A stretch of 64,000 nt of DNA. Source: Nitrososphaeraceae archaeon. Its GTDB lineage: Archaea > Thermoproteota > Nitrososphaeria > Nitrososphaerales > Nitrososphaeraceae. Made by a program: the position numbers and the translations under genes. The stretch spans positions 1 to 64,000 of the forward strand of contig DATFEP010000013.1 in the NCBI GenBank assembly GCA_035250975.1, given 5' to 3'. Below the pieces are notes generated by a model. It was not told where the DNA came from. It saw only the letters and a list, made by a program, of their open reading frames with translations, and did not search any database. Of this stretch, positions 21,881 through 32,046 are shown in pieces (the first letter of the stretch is position 1; every line of letters begins with the position of its first letter).

Positions 21881-22183
21881 CTATTGAACTGGATCATGAA
21901 CGGTAACTAACTTGGTACCATCTGGAAAAGTAGCTTCAACCTGAACAGTATGAATCAATTCTGGTACCCCTTCCATAACATCATTCCTTGTTAGGACTTC
22001 TCTAGCAGATTTCATTAATTCTGCCACACTTTTTCCTTCTCTTGCACCTTCGACTACATAATTCGCTATATATGCAACGGTTTCCGGATGGTTGAGTTTT
22101 ATTCCCCTTTTTTTACGGCCTTCAGCAATTTGTGCTGCGGTCCAAATCATCATTTTATCCACTTCACGTGGAACTAACATCAT
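21881..22183 (-). CDS. ureA: Urease subunit gamma
   Basis: [27 protein letters not shown]. Confidence 0.98.
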   Translation of the reverse strand: MMLVPREVDKMMIWTAAQIAEGRKKRGIKLNHPETVAYIANYVVEGAREGKSVAELMKSAREVLTRNDVMEGVPELIHTVQVEATFPDGTKLVTVHDPVQ

Positions 22184-22240
22184 ATCTTCAATTCACCTTA
22201 TGATACTAGTGAATTTGAAATATTTTAAATTTGAAAGAAT

Positions 22241-22278
22241 TAATTTATATAAAAGTAGTTTTTGCCGACGTCGGCTAA
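22241..22278 (-). promoter_or_regulatory. Putative ureA promoter: 18-bp palindrome (copy C, 22261-22278) abutting BRE/TATA
   Basis: The minus strand reads TTAGCCGACGTCGGCAAA-AACTAC-TTTTATATAAA, about 60 nt upstream of the ureA ATG. Confidence 0.55.
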
Positions 22279-22280
22279 GA

Positions 22281-22862
22281 TCAATATACGACTGAAACCT
22301 TTACTGGAAGAACCTGAAGCCAATGAGTCATTCTATAAAAATCACCATTCTTCTTAGCTGGCAAAATATACTCATACCTTTTCTTATCCGCAATTATAGT
22401 CAAGTAATTTTTTGTTATAAATGAGCCAAACATATTTCTAACAACAGAACTAGAGCCTTGGCTTGCAATAACTTCATCTACCAAATCATAATCTAAGGAA
22501 TATTCAAAATCTGATTTGTTCATAATTTTTCTGACGTCTAGTTTTGCTGAATCCTTTATTTTTGATGTGTGTTTTTTTTCGGATAATATTATGTATGGGA
22601 AAGGGCCCATCCCTGCTACATAACCAACATCAAGAAATTTTTTCATGAAGCTTTTTTTCGTAATAATAATTCGTTTTGTTGTGAAGTCTATTGTGCGATT
22701 ATCTCCTAAACCTGCGTCTTTTTCGGAACTAAGTCTTAGAAGTATTTCTTCGTAGTTGTTTTTATTGCACCAATCTATAAACATCTTGATTTTTTGGATA
22801 TCAGAATTCTCTCTTCCTTTGCTTGTAAGTTTCAAAAATAGGTTAAATTCCTGTATGTTCAT
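22281..22862 (-). CDS. Hypothetical protein between the urea transporter and ureA
   Basis: 193-aa ORF co-oriented with the operon; DFTTKRIII resembles PH-like folds (weak). Confidence 0.75.
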   Translation of the reverse strand: MNIQEFNLFLKLTSKGRENSDIQKIKMFIDWCNKNNYEEILLRLSSEKDAGLGDNRTIDFTTKRIIITKKSFMKKFLDVGYVAGMGPFPYIILSEKKHTSKIKDSAKLDVRKIMNKSDFEYSLDYDLVDEVIASQGSSSVVRNMFGSFITKNYLTIIADKKRYEYILPAKKNGDFYRMTHWLQVLPVKVSVVY

Positions 22863-22906
22863 TTTTTTTCACGTTTAAAAATAAAGAAAGGGAATTTTTT
22901 TCGGAT

Positions 22907-24022
22907 CTATGGTCGTGACCAACCGATACCAGCAGGTATATTAGAGAAGCCAGATATCCCTAGTAAGAACACCCATGCAGTGAAAACGAACGGACCTGTT
23001 AATGCTGGTAATCCCCACATTCCAAAGAATCGTTGCATCGCCGGCATCACAAAACCACACGAGACGGTAGCAAGTAATGCAATTAATACAGATTGTGGCG
23101 TAAGAGGCAGAAAACTGGTGAGAGCAATCATCACCAATACTTGGTTAAAGCCATGTAGACCTGCTCTTATCTCACCTGTTGGCAATTTGGTCAATATTGC
23201 CATTGCAGCTCCAACTGCAGAACCAACAAGCGCCATCAAACCACCCAGATATAGTGGAGAAAATTCATTCCATTGTGCAGTATAACCATTTGTCCACCAA
23301 GGTCTATCTTGGCCAGTTATAAATGGTGCCAATTCAAATGCTAACGTAAGTCCGACGACCCAAAAGATTCCAGTCTTCCAGTTTTCTACAAAGGTAACTT
23401 GAGAAACACCTTTTAATGTTGATTTTATAAATTCTCCTGCTGTCCATTTGAAATTCTCTTCCTGCAACAGAACAGGGTTTCCACTACCTTTTATCAACTC
23501 TTCGTGTGCCGCGGGTGCCGGTTCAGGCCAAATATCATGTCCAAATCTTTTAGTGGCATACATTATTGTCCAAGTCGTAAAGATGAATGATGACGTAAAT
23601 CCAGGAATTGCCCAAGATTTAGATAAACCATCTTGAACAAACATGTCTCCCATCAAATGACCCATTGCCATCCAAACTACTGCCGTAACAGCAGCACCAA
23701 ATATCGATATGAAGAATGTTGCCTTGTTAGATTTAACGAAAGGCCCAGACCAAAAAGCCATACCAGTCAGTATAGAGTTATAGCCGAAAAGACCAAATGC
23801 AACAAGGCCGTATGGAGCTCCTAGCAATATAGCGATTCCTGCACCTATTAGACCGGAAATTACCATCATTATTCCAGCATTTCTTGACGCGATAAAGACT
23901 CCAATTAGTATCAGGATGCCAGTGATCGGGGAACTGAAGAGAGGAACTTCTGAAATTCCATTAAACAGAATATAAAAGAAGTCCAATCCCGGATTACCGG
24001 ACACAAAATCTGCTACGCCCAT
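22907..24022 (-). CDS. UT-family urea transporter/channel
   Basis: Internal two-fold repeat: GISEV../GVSQV..ENW.TG, GLFGYN/GLHGFN, LPALTGPFV. Confidence 0.92.
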   Translation of the reverse strand: MGVADFVSGNPGLDFFYILFNGISEVPLFSSPITGILILIGVFIASRNAGIMMVISGLIGAGIAILLGAPYGLVAFGLFGYNSILTGMAFWSGPFVKSNKATFFISIFGAAVTAVVWMAMGHLMGDMFVQDGLSKSWAIPGFTSSFIFTTWTIMYATKRFGHDIWPEPAPAAHEELIKGSGNPVLLQEENFKWTAGEFIKSTLKGVSQVTFVENWKTGIFWVVGLTLAFELAPFITGQDRPWWTNGYTAQWNEFSPLYLGGLMALVGSAVGAAMAILTKLPTGEIRAGLHGFNQVLVMIALTSFLPLTPQSVLIALLATVSCGFVMPAMQRFFGMWGLPALTGPFVFTAWVFLLGISGFSNIPAGIGWSRP

Positions 24023-24453
24023 GTAGGTAGATTTTCACAAGGTATTGTTTATTAATTTGTAATTTAATTTTGTTTATTAATAAAGTAAAAATTTTTAGAT
24101 CATATTATAATTGATTTTGAGTATTTATGATTACTGAATATCCACATCAATATAAAAATATAAAAATATTAGGAAAATATCGAAATAAATGTGTTAGTAA
24201 AAAAATTTATTAAAATTTGTAGTTATGATCTTACATAATTGCAAGGAAAAATTAAGGATATTATACAAAAATATGTTGTCCTTCCTTGATATATAACCTC
24301 TTTAATAAATAAAGATAATCCAAAGACTAGATAGATTTTAACTATGCAAAATAAATTTTTGAACTTAAAATTTATCTCGATCCCACTTGACAAGAATAAA
24401 GTTAATCGATGTAAAGATAGGTTTAAGAATAAAAAATACGATCTATTATAAAA

Positions 24454-24900
24454 TTGCGTAAGAACTTGAACAAAAATGAACTTAAGAAGAAAGATCAGGT
24501 TGCTAGAATTAGCATTTCATTATCTCCTACGCTGCTTGATCAATTTGATAAATCCATGAATAATGCAGGGTTTTCAGATAGATCAAAAGCAATTCAAAAA
24601 GCACTTTATGAATTTATTAATAATAATGAATGGGAACAAAAAGAAGTTCAAGAAGGCGCAGGTGCATTAGTAGTTTTATACGATAATCATCTCTTCGGTA
24701 ATGATAGAGAATCGATAAAGAGTCAGCATGAATTTAACGATATAATAGTAACTACTACACATTTACACTTGGATCACGATAATTGTCTTGAAACCATCAT
24801 TCTAAGAGGAAAAATAAAAAGAATGAAAAGTTTTATGAAAGTTATCTCTGAGAACAGAGGTATAAAAAGTATAAAGATGCATTATGTTGGCATTAAATAA
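24454..24900 (+). CDS. nikR: Nickel-responsive regulator NikR
   Basis: RHH domain RISISL..LL.QFD..DRSKAI; nickel site QH..THLHLDHDNCLE. Confidence 0.92.
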   Translation: MRKNLNKNELKKKDQVARISISLSPTLLDQFDKSMNNAGFSDRSKAIQKALYEFINNNEWEQKEVQEGAGALVVLYDNHLFGNDRESIKSQHEFNDIIVTTTHLHLDHDNCLETIILRGKIKRMKSFMKVISENRGIKSIKMHYVGIK

Positions 24901-25027
24901 AAACATTATTAATCTATATGGATAAATTTGAAATAGATGAAGGGGTAACGGCTTATCATAAATTTATTAGTATAATGAATAACATCGTTGTATTTTAATT
25001 GTTCTCTAAATCGGTTTAATATGAATA

Positions 25028-25059
25028 AAGTATTACTATTTAGTAAATTTTTAATACTT
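25028..25059. promoter_or_regulatory. Putative NikR operator
   Basis: AAGTATTA-N16-TAATACTT (GTATTA 25030-35, TAATAC 25052-57) has the same geometry as the E. coli NikR operator GTATGA-N16-TCATAC. It lies between a TATA-like element and ATG 25078. Confidence 0.75.
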
Positions 25060-25077
25060 AGAATAATTAAATTTTTT

Positions 25078-26079
25078 ATGAATAGATCATCAGATATTGG
25101 AATTGCCTTTGTTCATTTGATATCGATCATTTTTGTTTTTTCCAACTATGCTTTGGGCCAACAAATAGAAGTATCAGATTTAAGCAAGAAAAAATTGAAT
25201 GTGGTAACATCAGTTGCGCCGATAACGGACATTGTGAAAAATATCGGCGCAGAAAGAATAAACCTAGTTGGTTTGGTTCCTGAAGGTGTAAATTCTCATA
25301 CATTTGAACCAGTTCCTTCCGATGCAATAAAAATAGGCAATGCTGATCTCATAGTCATAGATGGTCTGAATCTTGAAACAAGTATAGAGAATATTGCAAA
25401 AAATGCTATTATAAAAAATCCCAAAATACAATTGGTAAGGCTAGCAGATAACACCATAACAAAAGATGACTGGATTTTCGATTTCAGTTTTCCAAAAGAA
25501 AAAGGAGATCCTAATCCACATCTATGGTTGAACGTAGAATATGCTATGAAATTTGCAAATATCACAACGGATAAATTAATAGAGATGGACCCAAGCAATT
25601 CTAAATATTATATCTCAAATTCTCAAAGGTATAATGAACTACTTAAAGAACTTGATGAGGGTATAAAAAAATCCGTGGACACAATACCCCGAGAAAACCG
25701 AAAATTGCTTACATATCACGATTCTTGGGCATATTTTGCTCCAAGGTACGGAATGACTGTAATTGGAGCAATACAACCTTCTGACTTTGGTGAACCTTCC
25801 CCCCAAGATGTTGCGAGATTGATCGATCAAATCCGTACTGAGAATATCCCAGCATTATTTGCATCTGAGGTCTTTCCTACCAATATAATAGATCAGATAG
25901 CAAAAGAAGCTAATGTGACGATAGTAGAAACGTTAAGTGATGATGATTTACCTAGAAAAGAAGGAGATCCTAATCATTCGTATATAGGAATGATGTTGGA
26001 AAATATGAGAAATATGATACTACCTCTAGGAGGAAACATACAGCCCCTGAAGGAAATCGCTGCGAAGAATTTACCGTAG
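25078..26079 (+). CDS. TroA/ZnuA-family metal ABC transporter substrate-binding protein (start corrected to ATG 25078)
   Basis: NSHTFEP, NPHLWL, YHDSWAYF, EPSPQD; signal anchor. Confidence 0.92.
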   Translation: MNRSSDIGIAFVHLISIIFVFSNYALGQQIEVSDLSKKKLNVVTSVAPITDIVKNIGAERINLVGLVPEGVNSHTFEPVPSDAIKIGNADLIVIDGLNLETSIENIAKNAIIKNPKIQLVRLADNTITKDDWIFDFSFPKEKGDPNPHLWLNVEYAMKFANITTDKLIEMDPSNSKYYISNSQRYNELLKELDEGIKKSVDTIPRENRKLLTYHDSWAYFAPRYGMTVIGAIQPSDFGEPSPQDVARLIDQIRTENIPALFASEVFPTNIIDQIAKEANVTIVETLSDDDLPRKEGDPNHSYIGMMLENMRNMILPLGGNIQPLKEIAAKNLP

Positions 26080-26159
26080 GGTAAAATCTGGGATATAAAA
26101 GAATTGACAACTGTAAAAGGTTATTCTGATTGGATGTTAAAGAAGGCATAACCTAGAAA

Positions 26160-26903
26160 ATGGCTTCCAATAATATACCTAATATAATAACAATAAGAAA
26201 TTTATCATTTGGATATAAATTCCATGATCCGATAATCGATGGCATATCATTAGATTTTTTAAAAGGTAGTTTCGTGGGTTTACTGGGTCCCAGTGGTGCA
26301 GGAAAGACCACTTTACTAAAATTGATTTTAGGATTAGTTCGCCCATGGAATGGAACAATCATGTTTGAAAAGAATTCAAAACATAAAGGTGGTGCATTTC
26401 CTACCATAGGCTACTCTCCACAGGTCGAAAGTGTGGAGTGGGACTTTCCTGTTACCGTAAGAGAATTAGTGGCTATGGGTATTTGGAACAACTCTGGTCG
26501 TTTTCCGTGGATAAATAGTAGAACAAAAGAAGAAATAGATTCCATCCTACATGACCTTGAAATAGATGCTTATTCGGATAGACAAATAAGAGAATTATCA
26601 GGAGGAGAACAAAAACGTGCATTTTTAGCAAGAGCTCTTATTCATAATCCAGATATATTGATTTTAGATGAACCTACCTCTGGACTAGATCCTATGTCAA
26701 GGGAAAATCTTGTACAAACATTAAGCGAGCTGAACAATAAGGGAATTACTATCATAATGACTACACACGATATTGATGGTGTGGCTAGAAAGTTACCCTG
26801 GGTAGTATGTTTGAACAAAGAGATAATATCTCAAGGATATCCGAATAACGTATTGTCTGAAAATGTAATTCATAGAACTTATGGTATAGCAAAAAGTAAT
26901 TAG
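26160..26903 (+). CDS. Metal ABC transporter ATPase (ZnuC/TroB-like)
   Basis: GPSGAGKTT, LSGGE, ILDEPT, TTHD. Confidence 0.95.
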   Translation: MASNNIPNIITIRNLSFGYKFHDPIIDGISLDFLKGSFVGLLGPSGAGKTTLLKLILGLVRPWNGTIMFEKNSKHKGGAFPTIGYSPQVESVEWDFPVTVRELVAMGIWNNSGRFPWINSRTKEEIDSILHDLEIDAYSDRQIRELSGGEQKRAFLARALIHNPDILILDEPTSGLDPMSRENLVQTLSELNNKGITIIMTTHDIDGVARKLPWVVCLNKEIISQGYPNNVLSENVIHRTYGIAKSN

Positions 26904-26922
26904 AATAAGGAGAAAAATGTAA

Positions 26923-27813
26923 ATGGATTTTTTACTGCAGCCTTTCGAGTATGAATTTTTTACACGGGGGATTATTGTGTCTATATTGCTAGGATCAATT
27001 TGTGGGTTATTGGGAGTGTACGTTGTTCTTAGAGGAATGAGCTATATAGGACATGGTTTATCTCATGCTGTTTTCGGAGGAGCTGTGAGCAGCTACCTAG
27101 TAGGTCTTAACTTTTATATTGGAGCATCAATATGGGGGTTTCTTTCAGCAATAGCGATAACGGAGATAAATAAAAGATATAAAATCAAAGCAGATGCGGT
27201 AATTGGTATAGTTACTACTGCCGGTTTTGCAACTGGAGTTATGTTAATCAACACAGGACACAGCCCAATTAAAAATTTTGAAGCTATGTTATTTGGGAAC
27301 ATATTATCTGTAACTGACTTCGATTTTATGGTTATTTCTATAGTAACAATTATCACAATTCTATTTGTCTTCTTCTTTCAAAAAATGCTACTATTTACTA
27401 TTTTTGATCGTGAAACTGCCAAAGTTTATGGTATAAATACAGATCGTGTAGACATTTTATTTTCCCTTGTTCTTGCATCTGTAGTTATATCTGCAATGAA
27501 TTCCATTGGCGTTACACTTCTTGCCGTTGCAATTATAGCACCCGCTGCTTCTGCAAGACTACTTACAAATAATTTTTTTAAGATGTTACTTTTATCTTCT
27601 ATTATAGGAATTATTACTGCATTTTTAGGAATGTATGCTAGTTTTTATATAGATTCTCCCTCAGGTGCGACAATAGTTTTGTTCGGTGCATGCGGATTTG
27701 GAATATCAATCCTATATGTTTATCTTAAAAGATTACGTCATAGACATTTTCATGGAGATAAAAAACACTCTCATGTCCATGTCCATAAGGACGATCACAG
27801 ACACGAGCATTGA
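26923..27813 (+). CDS. Metal ABC transporter permease (ZnuB-like) with a His-rich tail
   Basis: GLSHAVFGG, LFGNILS, PAASARLL, tail HRHFHGDKKHSHVHVHKDDHRHEH. Confidence 0.93.
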   Translation: MDFLLQPFEYEFFTRGIIVSILLGSICGLLGVYVVLRGMSYIGHGLSHAVFGGAVSSYLVGLNFYIGASIWGFLSAIAITEINKRYKIKADAVIGIVTTAGFATGVMLINTGHSPIKNFEAMLFGNILSVTDFDFMVISIVTIITILFVFFFQKMLLFTIFDRETAKVYGINTDRVDILFSLVLASVVISAMNSIGVTLLAVAIIAPAASARLLTNNFFKMLLLSSIIGIITAFLGMYASFYIDSPSGATIVLFGACGFGISILYVYLKRLRHRHFHGDKKHSHVHVHKDDHRHEH

Positions 27814-27962
27814 CATGAGCGTTGATATTATCATATTGAAAATTCACTAAAAAGTAATCTTTTATATAGGAAATTTGATTTTTTCCACAAAACATATAAT
27901 TTTTATTTATTTTAAAAGAGAAAAATAAAAAACAATATAAATAAAGCCAACAATTCATAATT

Positions 27963-28844
27963 GTGGAATTTGTCGATACAAGCATAATCGAGCAAATTGA
28001 AATGAAAATGATTAGACCGTCCTCTTTTGCAGTAAGGGACAAATTTCAAAAATATTCAGAAGAAGACGATACATTAGTATCAAGCATTAGAGAATATGGA
28101 TTGCTTCAACCTATCATTATTAGACCCTTGTCCCATGGATTTGAAATTGTAGCAGGTCATAGAAGATATCATGCGTGCAGGTCACTAAGATGGCGTTTTA
28201 TTGCGTGTAAAATTCGTGAGATGTCTGACAGACAGGCTTTTGAAATTCAGTTAACAGAAAATATTCAAAGAAAAACGATGGATCCTATAGAAGAGGCAGA
28301 AGCTTTTAGAAAATATGTAATAGATTTTGGCTGGGGTGGAGTATGTGACCTAGCAAAGAGAATTGGAAAAAGCGAAGAATATGTTTCTCATAGAATTCAA
28401 TTGCTTAAATTGCCCGACGAAATAAAGAAAAAAATATCAGACAACATGATAAACGTTAGTAAGGCAATAGAAATATCGTCCATACCAGTTGATAGTCATC
28501 CACAGATCCTAGAAGAAATAATTAGAAATAAAATTTCTGTTAAAAAATTAAGAGAAATGAAAAGAGCAATTAAAGAGAATATCGATGAACAAAATACGAA
28601 CCTATCGAATGGGAACAATAGCTACTTTTTCAAGTCACTAAAAATAGCCAAAAAGGCATCATTATCACTTAGGGTAAGTTTAGCTAGAATTGACAATTTG
28701 ATAGAGGAGGTTGAGGTAACAATCGAACCAGAGAATAGAACTGAAATTATCAATTTTCTAATGGAAATAAGATTAAAAATTCACGAGTTAATAGATGAAA
28801 CAATTAGATTCAAGAATTATAGCAGGAAAACAATAAAAATATAA
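27963..28844 (+). CDS. ParB/Spo0J-family protein (CTPase fold plus HTH)
   Basis: SIREYGLLQPIIIR, IVAGHRRYHA, TENIQR..MDPIEEA, DLAKRIGKSEEYVSHRIQLLKLP. Confidence 0.92.
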   Translation: MEFVDTSIIEQIEMKMIRPSSFAVRDKFQKYSEEDDTLVSSIREYGLLQPIIIRPLSHGFEIVAGHRRYHACRSLRWRFIACKIREMSDRQAFEIQLTENIQRKTMDPIEEAEAFRKYVIDFGWGGVCDLAKRIGKSEEYVSHRIQLLKLPDEIKKKISDNMINVSKAIEISSIPVDSHPQILEEIIRNKISVKKLREMKRAIKENIDEQNTNLSNGNNSYFFKSLKIAKKASLSLRVSLARIDNLIEEVEVTIEPENRTEIINFLMEIRLKIHELIDETIRFKNYSRKTIKI

Positions 28845-28870
28845 AATACTTATTCAATATATTTCTTTTT

Positions 28871-29416
28871 TTATCTACCTAAAAATGGAGGTAACCATTC
28901 TTCTAAAAAGTGTTTATACTCCTTATCAGTATAACATAATGCCTGAAGAGAAAGCTCTTTTGTTGGAATAAAATCATACACTTCATATGTTTGAATTATA
29001 TCACCGAACAGATTTCTGTATATATCCATTTCTTCGTCAGCCATTTCTTCTGTTAAAAATGCTTGTATCCAAATCCAATCATAACCCCCTCTAGTTTTTC
29101 CTGAATAAAGAACAAATGGAGCATCGGAAAGATATTTTTTCAATCCCTCCATTCTGCTAGGAAGGTGTTGGGAGGTTCTAAATTTAACCAGAATAAATCT
29201 CACTATACGGCAATTAATTTTCTTCGTGTCAATTGATATAGTATATCTCGTAATTACTTTATCGTCTTCTAGTCGCGTAATTCTAGATTCAATTTCACTC
29301 TCGGTTAAATTGAATCCATGATCTCTAAGAAATTCCCAGATTTCTCTGACATCTTGTTTTGCATCTCTGGATAAGGCAGACAATATAACTTCATCAACTT
29401 TATCTACTGCTATCAA
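28871..29416 (-). CDS. Lrp/AsnC-family transcriptional regulator
   Basis: DKVDEVILSALSRDAK..RITRLEDDKVITRYTISID, GGYDW. Confidence 0.85.
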   Translation of the reverse strand: MIAVDKVDEVILSALSRDAKQDVREIWEFLRDHGFNLTESEIESRITRLEDDKVITRYTISIDTKKINCRIVRFILVKFRTSQHLPSRMEGLKKYLSDAPFVLYSGKTRGGYDWIWIQAFLTEEMADEEMDIYRNLFGDIIQTYEVYDFIPTKELSLQALCYTDKEYKHFLEEWLPPFLGR

Positions 29417-29579
29417 TAATGCATTATTCTATTCAAAGACGAATATTTTAATTTTAATAACACCACATTATTATTTATATTATTCGTAAAAAAGAGATAA
29501 TTATCAAATTTTTTAAAAATTCATTTCGAAGATTTTCAATAGATGTTGGAAATCAATCTTAAATAATTCCTCTTCTAAT

Positions 29580-31913
29580 TTGATAACAATGCAAGCAATC
29601 TTAACCCAAGAGATTGGTTACTTTACTTTACTTGGCGTTGGGATAACTATGGCGATAATAGTAATGATTTTAGTCAAGGCTGAAACAAAATGGCTTGGAA
29701 CCAAAAAAACATTTGAATGGTTTTCAACAGCCGGAAGAAATGTTAAATCAGGATTAATTGCTTCATCGGTAGTATCGGCTTGGACTTGGGCTGCGACGTT
29801 ACTTCAATCCTCCACAGTCACATATGAATTTGGAATAGGTGGATTATTTTGGTATGCTGCAGGAGCAAGTATTCAAGTTGTTCTTTTTGCGATTTTAGCA
29901 ATCGAATTAAAAAGAAAAGCTCCTTATTCACACACATTTCCTGAAATGATTTTTGCTAGGTTTGGATACAAAGCACATAAAGTATTTCTTTTTTTTGCTC
30001 TTATCACTAACATAATCATAACTACAATGTTGATCCTTGGAGGGGCAGCAGTGGTTAACGCGTTAACTGGAGTCGATATGACTATTGCAACATTTTTGAT
30101 TCCCATCGGGGTAATTATTTATACGATTTTTGGAGGATTGAAAGCCACATTTTTTGCTGATTATCTGAATACTGCATTTATTTTTTGTGTAGTATTGATT
30201 TTTGTTATTGCAATATATTTTATTAATCCAGAGATCGGCGGTATTGAAGGTATGTATAACAAATTAACACAGGTAGCATTAACAGATCCCGTGGAAGGCA
30301 ATGCTCATGGATCTTATCTTACATTAGCCTCGATTGGAGCATTAAGTTTTGGTATAATTAATATCGTAGGAAATTTTGGAAGTGTATTTATTGATCAGAC
30401 TTATTGGCAAAGAGCAATTGCCTCCAGACCGAAGTCTGCCATTCGTGGTTTTTTAATTGGTGGTTTGGTATGGTTTGCGATCCCGTTTACCTTGGCTACT
30501 TCTTTGGGTTTATCTGCAATTTCAATAGGAATATCATTAACACCACAAGAAATCGACTATGGGTTGGTAGCGCCAACGGCAGCGTCAGAATTATTAGGTG
30601 ATCTAGGTGCAATCTTAATATTAACTGTGGTGTTTACTGCTGTAACATCTGCTGGATCAGCACAAATGATAGCAGTATCTTCCTTAACTACTTACGATAT
30701 TTATAGAACTTATATAAAACCATCAGCTTCAGGAAGAGAATTAATTAGAATTTCTCGTATATCCATAATAGCCTTTGGAGTTTTAATTGGAGTATTGGTG
30801 TCTGCGCTCTTTCATATTGGATTGAGCCTTCAATATGTATACTTGACTATGGGAATAATAATTGGATCTTCTGTGATTCCAATATCCATAGCGTTGGTAT
30901 GGAAAAAAACAAATAAAAATGCCATAATTGCTGGCGCACTAACTGGTCTATCACTTGGAATTTGTACTTGGATGGTTACTGCCTACACAATTTATGGAGA
31001 AATTTCAATTCATTCGACAGGAGAATATATGCCCCTTCTTATTGGTAATATTACGTCAATTATGTCTGGAGGAATTATTTCTATAGCTATAAGCATATTA
31101 AAACCAGAGAATTTCAATTTCAAAACAATCAAACAAAAAATTTTTGTTACTGACGAAAAGATAAGAAACATAATAGAACAGGACAGCAATGAACAGTTTT
31201 TAAAGAAGACCGCAAGATTCACCTACAAATATGCTCTCTTTTTAACTTTCATACTTGTTATTATTTGGCCATTACCGTTATATGTTTCAGGATACGTATT
31301 TTCTCTGGATGTTTATGTAATATGGGTATACATAGCAATAGTATGGGCAACAGGTTCTGCAATAACAATAATATTATTACCAATTCTTGAATCAAGAGGC
31401 GGAATAGTTGAAGTTATTAGAAAGATAACAATAAACAAGCATGAGAATATAACAAGTTATAACCATGACACGATTTACGGGAAAAATATCAAACCAGATT
31501 ATGAAACGAATCTTCGAAAAATTCTTGTTGCGATAGATGGATCTTTCAAGTCCATAAAATCATTAAACTACTTGGAGTATTTATTCGAAAGTCAAATCAA
31601 TGTCAAGATCTTTCTGGTTCATATTATTGAATGGACTGAACAAGAAGAGGAGATACTGGATTCACAAATAATAGATAAAATTGAACATAATGGAAGAATG
31701 ATACTGAAAAGTATTGTAGTCAAAGACAGATATAATTGTGAGAGGATAGTCAAGTTAGGAGATCCTGGAAATAAGATCGTGGATCTCGCTGAAAAATTAG
31801 ATGTAGACCTAATAGTAATGGGATCAAAAGGCCTGGGACTGACGGAACAAGAAATAGGAAGTGTTGCAAAAAAGGTTTTAAGGTTGACTAGAAAACCAGT
31901 TATATTTCTATAA
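29580..31913 (+). CDS. dur3: Dur3-type sodium:solute symporter (urea) fused to a C-terminal universal stress protein domain
   Basis: VSAWTWAATLLQS, WYAAGA, GNFG.VF.DQ.YWQR; C-terminal KILVAIDGS..GDP..DLIVMGSKG..GSVA..V.R....PV. Confidence 0.92.
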   Translation: MITMQAILTQEIGYFTLLGVGITMAIIVMILVKAETKWLGTKKTFEWFSTAGRNVKSGLIASSVVSAWTWAATLLQSSTVTYEFGIGGLFWYAAGASIQVVLFAILAIELKRKAPYSHTFPEMIFARFGYKAHKVFLFFALITNIIITTMLILGGAAVVNALTGVDMTIATFLIPIGVIIYTIFGGLKATFFADYLNTAFIFCVVLIFVIAIYFINPEIGGIEGMYNKLTQVALTDPVEGNAHGSYLTLASIGALSFGIINIVGNFGSVFIDQTYWQRAIASRPKSAIRGFLIGGLVWFAIPFTLATSLGLSAISIGISLTPQEIDYGLVAPTAASELLGDLGAILILTVVFTAVTSAGSAQMIAVSSLTTYDIYRTYIKPSASGRELIRISRISIIAFGVLIGVLVSALFHIGLSLQYVYLTMGIIIGSSVIPISIALVWKKTNKNAIIAGALTGLSLGICTWMVTAYTIYGEISIHSTGEYMPLLIGNITSIMSGGIISIAISILKPENFNFKTIKQKIFVTDEKIRNIIEQDSNEQFLKKTARFTYKYALFLTFILVIIWPLPLYVSGYVFSLDVYVIWVYIAIVWATGSAITIILLPILESRGGIVEVIRKITINKHENITSYNHDTIYGKNIKPDYETNLRKILVAIDGSFKSIKSLNYLEYLFESQINVKIFLVHIIEWTEQEEEILDSQIIDKIEHNGRMILKSIVVKDRYNCERIVKLGDPGNKIVDLAEKLDVDLIVMGSKGLGLTEQEIGSVAKKVLRLTRKPVIFL

Positions 31914-32046
31914 AGTTCAAATATATTAATGAAAAATATTGTTTCCTGTATGAAGTACATTTATTTGTGTTTGTTATTATAAAGTAACTAAAATGATCCG
32001 TTGTATATGTAGTAACGAAATATTGAATAAAATGTAAGAAATAAGG

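Noticed and set aside
14728-23824. Numerous + strand ORFs opposite the urease operon (and similar ORFs opposite htrA, GH38 and others)
   Set aside because: They are antisense shadows of well-supported genes.
24988-25077. Upstream TTG or ATG starts for the metal-binding protein
   Set aside because: This region contains the promoter and NikR operator; the signal anchor follows ATG 25078.
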